NCBI RefSeq assembly: GCF_001194135.2
Contig: NC_068995.1
Coordinates: forward strand, 55,048,782 to 55,081,781
Origin: Octopus bimaculoides
Lineage: Eukaryota
Direction of reading: 5' to 3'
DNA: 33,000 bases
The translations under genes and the position numbers were made by a program. Shown here one piece after another: positions 11,579 to 23,509 of the stretch. How positions within the stretch are numbered: position 1 is the first letter of the stretch; every line of letters begins with the position of its first letter. Below the pieces are notes generated by a model, which was not told the DNA's origin, did not search any database, and saw nothing but the letters and a program-made list of their open reading frames with translations.

Positions 11579-13029
11579 GATGGAGATGTACTAGTTTCTT
11601 AACTTAGTTTTTCTCCGTTATTTAGCCCGTCTGTAACGCTTTCACGGGATTAGTTGAAGGGAAATGCTAAGAGCGAAGGAAAACGGAGTGAGAAAGGAAG
11701 AGGGATTATTCTGTGTATCAAGTCTACAAAATTGGGCATAAAGTATATAAAGTGTATATATAAAATGCATTGATATCATCGTATTCCAATTTTCTTCACT
11801 TTTCAATGATTAGAAAATGAGCGACTATTTTTTTGATAGAGACGCAACACAAGCTACACTTTCAGGCTTTTTGGATAAAGTTTTCAAAACAATAAGTTTA
11901 CCATTAATTCTGTGAAATATTCACGGGTCCCGCTAATATATATATATGAGTGTGAAGGAATTTATACATTTGTATATAATTATGCAGATATTCAACATTC
12001 ATTAATTTCAAATTCAAATTTACATGTTATGTTGAACCATGTTTCGTTGTCAGTATTGGAATATTTAATGAAAATTTTGATTTACACATATGCCATTCAT
12101 ATTATATAAACTGAAGCATTTTGATAGCGTTACAATGTTAATATTTATGATAAAATGACGCACAATTTTCTTTCAGCGCTTTATATCAGAAGAAAGCGAG
12201 TGAATGAAGAAAATAGCGTAAGTAATATCACATCTTACCTTTGGCTATATAATCGTGGATGTTTATTGTTTAATTTGAAACAATGTTTTCAAGTTCACGT
12301 CATAATATATTCCATGATATCAGGATATTGCTTTCGGACAAGCAATTTGGATGGAGTAATATTCAGTAATATTTAAAAACTGATGTTAGATTTGATGCAG
12401 ATATATGTGATTGCTTCACAAATATTGTCGGGATTAAATCAACGATATCAATTCAATTTCATCTACACACACTAAGCTGCAGAATTTAGTTTTAAAATTA
12501 TCAAGTGTGATGTATTTCGTGGATTATTTTTAATCAATTACTGCATCAGTGAGCAACGACAACTCAATCGCAAAGCGCAGATTAGCGCAACATTCTGGAT
12601 GTTGAACAGTCGTTTCCCGTCTCTGTTCGTAGATTGTCAAATATTTACATGGTGAGATGCTTAAGAAAAAATGCTAAAACAGGTACACACACACACATAC
12701 GCTCACGCACATGCACAGAAACGCCAGGAGAAAACCTCAGTTGCTTGAAGTATCCCCCCTTGCCCTCGTCGTAAAATCGTTTCCTACCAGATTTGCTCAA
12801 ATCACTGTCTGCTAATAAAGATGTAATCAATCTTTATGCGGAATATTACAACTGTGCCCTACAATGTGCCGGCACCACCGTAGGGACAAACACAGACACA
12901 AACCTACAAAGAGACATATACGTACATGTACGACGGACTTCATTCAGTTTCTATCTGCGAGATCCACTGACAAGGCACATATATACATACATATACATGA
13001 ATGTGTGTATCTGTGTATGTATGTTTGCG

Positions 13030-13166
13030 AAGGTGCATGGCTGAGTGGTTAAATTATCGTTAATTATGGGATCCTAAGTTCGATTCCCAGACCGAGCTGT
13101 GTGCTGTGTTCATGATCATGACACTGTATCTCATGTTGCTCCAGTTTACGCAGCTGTAGAAATGAG
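13030..13166 (+). mobile_element. tRNA-derived SINE, family C
   Basis: Box A tggctgagtgg (13038-13048), box B aagttcgattcc (about 13077-13087), then a body tgtgttcatgatcatgacactgtatctcatgttgctccagtttacgcagctgtagaaatgag like mollusc SINE cores as recalled. Confidence 0.75.
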
Positions 13167-13499
13167 CAGCTTTCTCCCCCCGCCTCTCTCTCTCTGTCTC
13201 CGTCACATTCTCTCCCTCACTCTTATCCCTGTCTTTCTGTTTGTCTCTCTTTCTCTCCATCTCACTCCCTTTTCCTCCCCTTCTTTATTTAACGAGTTAT
13301 CCCAGAAAAACTTCCATGTGCTTCATCATATTTTGCTAATATGTATATGAAAAGATAACTCCGTATCTTATTAGTTCCATGCCACCACAGTCTTAGACTT
13401 CCGGATTGCAACCACCGATGGCAACACAGTGGCGGAAGCCATTAGAATCACAACAGAATAGCATTAGAGATGCTTACTGATTGATGTAGTTTTGTACAA

Positions 13500-13501
<2 letters not shown>

Positions 13502-13541
<40 letters not shown>

Positions 13542-13568
13542 TTTCTCTCTCTCTCTCACTCTCTCTCT
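13502..13568 (+). repeat. (CT)n microsatellite
   Basis: Read directly. Confidence 0.95.
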
Positions 13569-13660
13569 TATTTATGCACGCAATTTTAAATATATATATG
13601 TGTATGTCTGTGTGTACCTATGTATTCATACACACACACACACATATATATATTTAAGTG

Positions 13661-13693
<33 letters not shown>

Positions 13694-13732
13694 AGCGTGT
13701 ATGAATACATACGTACACACACGCACACACAC

Positions 13733-13876
13733 NNNNNNNNNNNNNNNNNNNNNNNNNNNNNNNNNNNNNNNNNNNNNNNNNNNNNNNNNNNNNNNNNNNN
13801 NNNNNNNNNNNNNNNNNNNNNNNNNNNNNNNNNNNNNNNNNNNNNNNNNNNNNNNNNNNNNNNNNNNNNNNNNNNN
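13733..13876. other. Assembly gap (N run) inside a (CA)n repeat
   Basis: Run of N with CA repeats on both sides. Confidence 0.99.
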
Positions 13877-13999
13877 ACACACACACACACATATATATAT
13901 TTAGAAGCTTATTTAAAGAAATTCTATTATCGAAAAAGTAAATCTGTACTTTTCTCGGATTCATTACGCATATCAATTCAAATTATTCGTTAGATATAC

Positions 14000-14125
14000 C
14001 TTCATAATGGGCAACTTCACATATAGATTGATTATTTGTATCTTTGATTTTAGATTCCATTGTATGTTCGTACGTTCGAGTCTTCAAACGTTGTTTTAAT
14101 GGATACGAAATTTCAGTGTTAAGCG
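14000..14125 (-). CDS. Candidate internal coding exon (126 nt, phase 1-1), unknown protein
   Basis: Acceptor aaaatctttcag|, donor GAAG|gtatat; open frame (x)LNTEISYPLKQRLKTRTYEHTMESKIKDTNNQSICEVAHYE(x). Not directly phase-compatible with the phase-0 exons upstream. Confidence 0.35.
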
Positions 14126-14618
14126 CTGAAAGATTTTGATCTTAATGTACACAGACTTGTATGCATTTTAACAGGAAATTTCAAAGATAAAATTTATCAG
14201 TAATGCTTGAATTAAGAAAGGTTGATGAAGAAACGTAATTATATAAACGTAAGCAAACACATATACCTTTACACAGAGGTGTATTACCTGTAAAAATGTT
14301 CACTCTTTATACATGAATGTATTCATAGTGAAGCAGAACCTACGTAAATAAATGATCTCTACACTTTAACAAGCTGGTTAAATTTAGAAAGAAAATATTT
14401 CAACGAAAAATGATAACAATGAATTTTAATTAACGTGGAATTTCAAACGTGCATTTGTCTATTATATATCTTTAAGAGTTCAATGGGAAGCAAATTTCAT
14501 TAATGTTTCATACAATTTATTCATAACCTTTCTGAAGAAAAAAAAAATCATAATTAACTGAATGCTTTCGATAGAATTATTTGCTATGCGGGTACAGCAT
14601 ATTATCTAGTATCGTTAC

Positions 14619-14705
14619 CTTTTTGAACAGAAAACGGATTTCTTTAATGATGCGATCCTTGAGCAATTCCGTGTCAATGCGTATTTTAATACACGTAATT
14701 AACAC
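14619..14705 (-). CDS. Candidate internal coding exon (87 nt, phase 0-0), unknown protein
   Basis: Strong acceptor gaacatctctttcag|G and donor AAG|gtaacg; only phase 0 is open: VLITCIKIRIDTELLKDRIIKEIRFLFKK; phase-compatible with 15179-15343. Confidence 0.6.
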
Positions 14706-15178
14706 CTGAAAGAGATGTTCTCTATAAGATAATTAATATCGTTTTCGTATTTAGAATTTGCTGCTTATCTTTCATCCTCTTATTACAAGTTAGAATTCTG
14801 TTTTGTGATACATTGTGTATTTCTTTAAGAAATTACCAAAGAATTGCCCGTTGCATAACATTTTTATTTTCTTCATAAAATGTTAGCTGCAATCATACAT
14901 CAATAAGCAACGACTGTTCAGGTCATAAATTTCGATATTGTTAGAAATAAACTAGGAATTTTGTTGACTTTAAATGTTACGACTGCTACTTTCAAAGAAA
15001 CATGTTCACACATATCTTCTCATATATGATATAGCATGACAAGAATAATAAAGATAAGGATGAGTATGCGGTAGAAAGAAAGCGCTAAAGCATGATTATC
15101 AACATCGACATCATTACCATTGTTACCACTGTCGTATACGTCTTGAATATTATCCTCATCATCATGCTGTCGACAAAC

Positions 15179-15343
15179 CTTTAGAAAAGCATTGTTAATG
15201 TCTCTCTTATTATAATAAAAGTGATACAATATACGAGAGTTATCGCGTTGGATTGATTTCAAATCGCGAACGAACCCAAATAAGTTTTGTATTTCATACA
15301 AATTTCCCCTGAACACCTGATTGAGGTTGGAGAGTATATCAAC
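15179..15343 (-). CDS. Candidate internal coding exon (165 nt, phase 0-0), unknown protein
   Basis: Acceptor ...cacaacgtttag|G (its TAG is an in-frame stop, as expected of an intron end), donor AAG|gtttgt; only phase 0 is open: VDILSNLNQVFRGNLYEIQNLFGFVRDLKSIQRDNSRILYHFYYNKRDINNAFLK. Confidence 0.6.
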
Positions 15344-16300
15344 CTAAACGTTGTGTTAACAACAGGAAGTGGATAAATATCCGTCAAATGTAGATAATGT
15401 AAATAACGTACATAATTCCTCATCTCTTAAATATAGAACTGAATATCATAATATTATGAAGTTTGCAAGTACATGATTCTGAAATAAATTTCTCTCAATT
15501 GCTTTTGTTGTTGTTATTTGGCCAAAATAAAGAAACATATCCTCAGAACCATCCCGGTTCAGTGAATACCATATCATTTCAGCATCGAGATGTTCATTAT
15601 TGCCACGTCTTCAGCAACGGGGACTATATTTTCTGACCAATTTGAATTCAAAGGGAATTGCCTTCCAGCATGAGAGACACCGTATACTCTGGCTGCTATG
15701 TTTTTTTTTTTTAGATATTGGTGCAGTAGGTAAATAAATGAATTGAATTGCTTTAATTTTCAGAGATTAGAAATCATTTGTCATTAATACAGTTTTATTT
15801 TTCTGTATGTAACTAACTTATATAATAAGATAAGTTAAGATGGCTTTCTTGGGTGTGATCATCTTCGGTATATGATGCTATACCATTATTTACCATCAAA
15901 TTTACCATTATTCTTCAGTTTATCACTAATTTATTACACTATTTGGAATAAATTACATTAAAATATTTACTTTTTACAATAAATTGAAACCAAACCAATT
16001 GGACAGGAACTACTTTGAAGAAATGAAGCGCCCATTGTAATATTTAAAATGAATTTGAATTGCGACCATGATAATCAAATAGAGAAATGGATATTTCCAT
16101 GTATTCAATTCGTAGCTTTCGTATTGTAACTGGTTTTATATTTCCAATCTTGTTCTCGGGTTTCTTAAATTCATTTATTTTCTACATTTCGTTGCGGTTA
16201 TTACCCTCCAAGACCTTCAGATTAGACATAAACGTAATTGTCACATTAATGTTAGAGATTACTGGTGGAGTAATGGCGCTGTCCATTTTCCTGAACTTAC

Positions 16301-16360
16301 TACCGATAGAAGGAATAGATGTCCATGAGCCATTTTGGTGATGCGTAGAAGATACAGTGG
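16301..16360 (-). CDS. Candidate internal coding exon (60 nt), frame ambiguous
   Basis: Acceptor ttttaatctttcacag| and consensus donor |gtaagt. All three frames are open; phase 0 gives PLYLLRITKMAHGHLFLLSV, which joins 15179-15343 in frame. Confidence 0.45.
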
Positions 16361-18174
16361 CTGTGAAAGATTAAAATATATGAAGTGTCTAACTGCATCA
16401 AGATAGGTAAAATCACATTCGCCATTCTATAATTATTTATTTACATACCTTCCTACAAATATCTAAATAGCTAAAGAATTGACATGCATAAAGTAGGTTA
16501 TCGTATAAAAATCTTAACTGTTACATAAATATATACATATACACTGAACTGCCAAAGAAACGTGAGACGTGCGTGACTGTGAAATACGTTTTCAATTCTA
16601 CTTGTGTTCATTCCCATTTCCATAATGAAGTTTATCCGCAAACATACGCATACAAACCAGGAATTTGACATTTTAAAAAAATATTACAAATGATGAGCTA
16701 TGGCTGAATTTTGTTGAAAATGAACGAGGAAAGAAGAAAGGGTTAGAAATGAAATATGGTAAAATAAGCAAGTGATATGGTATAATGATATAAAATATTG
16801 TTTATCACTGGAAACGTGGCACAATGTGATTTTTTCAGCATGGATTTGTACAGTTGCAACAATATAAATCAATAAGCCAATCGGAAAGATTCCAAAAGAT
16901 AGAGAGAAAATGACGAGAATGAGATCATCGAAAAGTAGAACGCTTAGTCTAACAAGAAAAATGAACACTAGATTGTTCAAGTCACTAGAAGAAATAATTT
17001 GGGTAAAAAATTACCATTTTTCATTTAGTTTCTGGCGTGAGACTTTAGGAAAAATAAGATAATAACAATGATCGATTGTCAGTGTGTAAGATTCCAAGGT
17101 CTGACCAAGTGATTACAAGTGTTCTGAGTACACAATGAGTTAGATGCAACAAAAGCATATCATTGATGGGCCAACAAGGAAAAATAGATTAGCCGCACAA
17201 TTGATTTTATAGAAAAGACCACTGAAATTCCTTGAAATCGTACAGTGAATATGTGATGGAAAAAAACTGATTTTGAGGAAACGTCTACCTCATCAGGAAC
17301 CAAACTGAGGCTTAGTAACAGAAGCAATGCAAATATTACGATAGGGTACGAAAAAAAATCAAAATTCTTGCATTTATTCCGAACGTCTTGGTATAAATAT
17401 AAATTGAAGAAAATTGTGGGTGACATAAAAACGTGTGGATATTCAGCTGTATTTCATCAATTATTCATATCTGACTGGTATAAAGAACGCTTAAGTCTTA
17501 AGCAGATAACTGAAATGTCTCACACATTTTGTACTTGATACCGTTACAAAACATTTTCAAATTATTTTTTATCAAAATATAGACTTCACTTCGAGCCACG
17601 ACAGAACGGCTCTGCATGAAATCAATAAATAAATATTTATAAATGATTTTAGTTTGAAACTTTTTGCTGGAGAAAAAAATTTAGTCCAACCTCAAGTCAT
17701 TTGCATATTAACAGTAAAAATATAAACTGTGCCTTCGCAAATAACATGTTTGTGTGTACGCGCAAGGGTAATTTGTGCGTGATTCCGAAAAGCGTATATA
17801 AGTACTTATACTAAGAACAAAAATTCAACGCATCCACACGTACTTTATACACACACTCACACCCACACAAAGTACGGATACACATACACACACGCACACA
17901 TGCACCATAAATGCATACATACGTACACGCAGGCACACTCATAAATGTATATGTGTGTGTGTGTATGTATGGTGTGCTTTTGTGTGCGTATGTATGTATA
18001 TATGTATGTATATAGGCAAAATAGCTGGTTAGATAATGTCTCTAAGAGGATGAATATAGAAGCTTCAACATGGCTGTTCCGTACGAACCGACGTTATTAC
18101 CATTTTTTACAAATTGTACAATAACATAAATTCTAAACTATAGCAAAATTCATAAAAGGATTTTTTTAAAATCC

Positions 18175-18176
<2 letters not shown>

Positions 18177-18205
<29 letters not shown>

Positions 18206-18313
18206 CATTATTATTATTATTATTTCCTCGAGGTATTATTATTATTATTTACTCAAGGCACTGCCTGGAATTGAACTCGGAACATTGGGGATAGTAGCCC
18301 GCACTCTTAACCC
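18177..18313 (-). mobile_element. Short tRNA-derived SINE, family D, with (AAT)n tail
   Basis: Reverse complement gggttaagagtgcgggctactatccccaatgttccgagttcaattccaggcagtgccttgagtaaaataataataat...; box B gagttcaattcc at 18267-18278. Confidence 0.75.
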
Positions 18314-18739
18314 TTTCTTGGACACTACACACCTATGCACTTTACTTTATCCTATGGTCAATCTTTAAAATCTCATCCACCTCATTCTATTTGTCTCGCT
18401 TTCTATTTCTTTTCTTTTCTTTACTTTCACCACTTGATACCCACCTCCGCTACCATTCTTTATGCCAAAATCCTGAAAGTGTAGTCTGTGTTGCGTTTGT
18501 GTCGAAAAATTATCGCTAATCGGTTAATAATTGAAAACTGAAAGGAAATTGGAATACGACGATTACGTAATACACCTTGTATATACACTTTACATGCACA
18601 GTTTTATAGAATTAATACACAGCACTCTCTATCTCTGTTTCCCTCTAACTCATCACTTTACCCTCTTTTCCTTCTCCTTATTCTTTTGTTTTCTGGCTTT
18701 CCTTTCAACTAATCACGCAAAAGCGTTACAGACGGGTTA

Positions 18740-19014
18740 AGATAGATAGGTAGATAGGTAGGTACGTACGTACGTACGCCAGGTAGGTAGGTACCCAGGC
18801 AGGAGGACAGGCAGGCAGACTGCAGACAGGCCGGCAGGTAGGTCGGTATGTACGTACGTACGTACACACACCATCAGGGCGGCCGGCCTGCAGGCAGGCA
18901 GGTAGGTAGGCAGGTAGGTAGGTAGGTAGGTAGGCAGGCAGGTAGGTAGGTACGCAAGAAGGCTGCCCACCCGACAGGCAGGAAGGAAGGCAGGTAGGTA
19001 GGTAGGTAGGTAGG
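18740..19014. repeat. Compound tetranucleotide satellite (AGAT/AGGT/ACGT/AGGC/AAGG)n
   Basis: Period-4 repeat read directly; GC-rich relative to its flanks; source of the YLPT ORF 18737-18970. Confidence 0.92.
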
Positions 19015-22000
19015 TTAATGGAGAGGCAGGTAGTTGTGCATGTATTTATATTTTGAATTGAAACAAACTAAGACGCAGGTGCAAGATATAATGAAATAAG
19101 TTTTGCAGGTTTTACATGAAGACAAATAGTGTCACATTTAGGAGGAGAATATACAGAAAAATTTAAGCAAGGAAAGAAAACGACAATGGTAATTGCAAGA
19201 GAAATTCAGCTTTTGGAAAAGGAAGTGACATGATATAACAATGATAAATGAAATTGTGCCTATTTACAACTGAAAGAATATATAAACACATGTGTATATA
19301 TGTATATCTATATATGGCACATGCACATATGTATATGCTTAAATATATACATATTTATACATATATATATACGCAAACACATATATATACACACAGAACC
19401 ATACGTACACACACGCATGCACACGCATTTGTACATATACATATGTATATGTAAATATTGATACACATATATATATTTGTGTGTGTGTGTGCGTGTGTGT
19501 GTACATGAACATATACATATAGATAATGATTTACGTATGTTTTCCTTCCTTTTCTAGAATAACATTTATCGCATAGAATTTATTCTGTCTCTCTTTTGTT
19601 AATAAAAATATTTGTAAAGAAACACTGGCTTTATGTTTATATTTGTTTCACAACTGACAATCTTTATACTCCGTATACTTGTAGTTTCATAACTATAACA
19701 CGATTCATCGTTGTCCCCATCTGACATGAAACATTAAATGCAATTACTAACTATACTTTTATAATGACCACAACGTAAATAAGACAGTTACTATGAAGAA
19801 ATAATATATATATATATATATATTAATTTTACGTTGTTATATATCGTAAAAGCATATTAAAGTGTTAAGATTTTCAATTTTCTACACTATCAGTTTCCTC
19901 TAACCATGAATATGTTATGTAGATGACCTTCAGTAGGTCGATAGGTTGTCTGTAGAAGATATATGTTAGCTCTGCTTCCTAAAACTCAGGTAATATACTC
20001 TAGGTTGTACATAGCACATCCTGAGTATTGATATGGCGGAAACGTTCCAAAGGTGTATCTATCACTTTCGCATGTGCTACATCTGCGATGCCAATTCTAC
20101 AGAATATACATTTAATTTCCTGATAATTATTAATAATTCTTGAAAATCACCTTTCAAGTAGTTATATGTTTTATGCTTTTCTATATTTAAACTTAATTCA
20201 GTTATATGAGATTGTGTGACATCTAGATTCGAACGTCAACGAAGTATTTAGCAGGGAAATCACACACAGCCTAATGTAAGCGATTGAGGTATCATTTCTG
20301 CACTGTGGTGAATACCATAACGGAGAACAAAACTCATTTTGGTACTGATGAAATCGAGAAATATTTGGTATTTTGGTTATTGTGCCTAATGTAAGCGTCA
20401 GCTGTAATGTACAGATTGTATAAATACACAACAATGGTGATTACACACTTCTTACACACGATCATGTTACGAATCTTCTTTCATCATTTTACTGCTGTAG
20501 CATATTTTTACATTTGTTCTTTTAAGTGCCAATTTGCCCTGAAATATGTTCTGGAAAAAATTGCTACCTTCATTGCTGGTGTTTTATGATGCCCAAATGC
20601 ACCGATAGTAATTACTCAATTTTTTAATGTATATTTAAAGAGAAAAAGAAACAAGGTATGTTTGTTTTCCCTATCATCAGTGGATGTCTCCATGTAGACC
20701 TACGAAACATTGTGGAAAGTTGCATATGAATGACTCAATATCGATTATATTCTTAGCTAGACGTACATAAGTCCCTTGTAATTTACCAGTATATATATAG
20801 AAAAATTAATCCAGGAAGGCATTATGTATTTTCTCGATACAAAATAATAGTTAATTAGTTATTACCTCACATAATGCAGCTTCTATGAAAACAAACGTAA
20901 CGGATAGATTGTATTATATAGACATACGTGTACTATACTTGAAATAAGCCGTCATGGTCATAAGAAGAGTACATTGAGAATTAAGTAAAATCGACCAGAG
21001 TTGACCAGAAGCAACTATTTAAAATATATGCAAAGCCCAAGAGATGATTTTGTGCCTGACTTTTCTACATTTGTTATAGATCGGATATACTGATATGTTT
21101 GAATAATATTTTATTGCATTACATTTAGCATGCCATTCTAGAAGTTATTCAACGTAATTATATGCATAATAGTTATCTGTTTGATTTGATTGAAAATCTA
21201 ATTAGATTAGATCCTATATAAAGTTATTATAAGCATTAGAATTTCAAACGCACGAGTGTCCACAAATTGAGTAGAATATATGGGAATTGACATGCATCGT
21301 ATTTCTTTCATGTTGCATTGTAAGTGAAGTGTCACTTATGAAATATATGAGAATACCAAACGGGAATATTTACACTCGTCTTCACGCTTCAGCTAATTCT
21401 CTATGATTGCATCTGTGATGTTTAATTACATATGATTTATACTTAAATTAGGAATAATTATATTTCGGAATATATTACAGAAATTCACAATCCTGGTTGC
21501 AGAGATAAAAGGAAAGCGAATATGCCGAATATAACACAAAGGCAATCAGAAAAGTTATATAAATCTACCTATTAAATGTTTGGTGTAATGTTTCCGTGCA
21601 TAAACCATCAATGAGTTAACAACTGTTCATTTTAACCCCTTTTATGTTCATAAATAACAAAATTAAAACTATTAATTTTATAGTTCAATTTAATCCAAAA
21701 TTACAATTTTGTGTGATATCAATCAATTTAGTTGGAACGTATGGTGGAACTTTTTATTTTTTAATGCCTGAATTTAATTTAGTACTATACACAGTTTTGA
21801 ATTTCACAAATGAAATAGCAATTTCATTCCAGTTGTTGGGGAGGAACGCGTATTCATATCGTGTAATACTACTCGATGTGTCTTGAACTCAGAATATTGA
21901 GATTTGAAGCTTAACGTTTTAATGAATTATGGGCTGTACTGTTTCAAATAATTTAATATCGAAAAAAATATATCAAATAATCATTTTTGATAAATACATC

Positions 22001-23509
22001 GGGTTGCAAGTTTTTACAAACGATAAATCAACTCTATCGTTTGAAGTTCATAAATGATATTTTATTTTCCGATCCTTGAAGGATGACAACAATTTTGAAT
22101 TCCTCAAAATTTGAATACAAGACTTAATGAAGTATAGCTAAGTACCGCCTGACATTTTGTCTGAAACTAGCAATCCCTACAATCCACGAAGTTGAATTTT
22201 AAAATAACTATACACTAATATCAATCAGTGGATATCTAATTAGCATTAATTAGATGTTTATTGATATAAAAAAATTAATCTTGTTCATCATCATGTAGTG
22301 ATTTATAGTTAACATATATTATATACATGTTTACAGTTAGTAATAATTTATTAAGCATACCATGGCATATCTTCCTCCAAACTCAAATTGGTTTTCACTT
22401 CATTGGAGGCATTACAAATATTCTTGCAAAGTTATCATTTATATTGATATTCAGGAACTGCAGCTGTAATAGCTCTTACAGAGAGTCTTTTGAGAAATAC
22501 ACATGAGATGATCAATCTGCACGGGGAATTATACAAGGAACCGACTAAAGTTAGCAGCTTATTAGAGTGCGTGGCGGTGTTTAATTTCCACAATATCCGA
22601 ACGAGCATTTTCGCCTACCAGATGTATTATACCGACGTTCAATAATGAAATATTTATGCATCACTCTTCACTGTGTGAAATAGCAATTCAGTTGTTCACT
22701 GATTATATTTACAATGTTCAGAAGTTTCAAACTGGTTTATATAACAACTAATATAATTTCATTATGTTAATCTAACTATATAAACTCTGATCTTTTCTCA
22801 TTTGATCATATAATAATTATACAAGCAATCATTGTTTCGTGACCTTTATGAAGAACGACGCGATTTCGGCATTGCGGCTCATCAAATTAATTTAGCGGTA
22901 AGCTAAGGTTATAACGTTTACTAGTTAAAGTATTCATTCAGTGATATTAGTTAATGTGCAATATGTCAAAATTACAGCTACAAATAATGAGAAGAGACAG
23001 ATCACACTTCCACAGCTGTTTTCGGATTGTATGTTTAGCATTAAAGAACGCTCTTGAATATAAACTAATACACTGAAATTTAGAAGACACATACACGTAC
23101 ATTGACAGTTGATAGATAACTGTACAACGACACGGACTTTCATTCGTACAGAAATCACAGTACATATTTCTTATTTGAATATTATGAAAACATCCCTAAA
23201 GATAACTTAATTAGCTGTTTGTTAAGTTTATTAATACCATACTGAAATTATTTGACGTTCTTATATCAGTTCAGAAACAAATTGCAGGCACTGTGATTGA
23301 GTAAATAAATATATGTTTTGGACACGCAATACATTATAAACGTAGAAAATTTTCAGGAACAGACAATATTCGTATACATAAATTTGTGTGTGCGTGTGTG
23401 TAGTACAATAATTGATCAAAAGAACGAAGACTTTGAACAGCCAAAATTTTATGTTTAATTATAGTTGATTTCTTCGTAATAGTTGTCCGCTACGTGTCGG
23501 ACAATTGTC

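Noticed and set aside
16820-16850. EKITLC in the minus ORF, reminiscent of nicotinic receptor M2 and cephalopod chemotactile receptors
   Set aside because: Flanking residues do not fit M1/M2/M3 and no Cys-loop region is present; a 6-residue coincidence.
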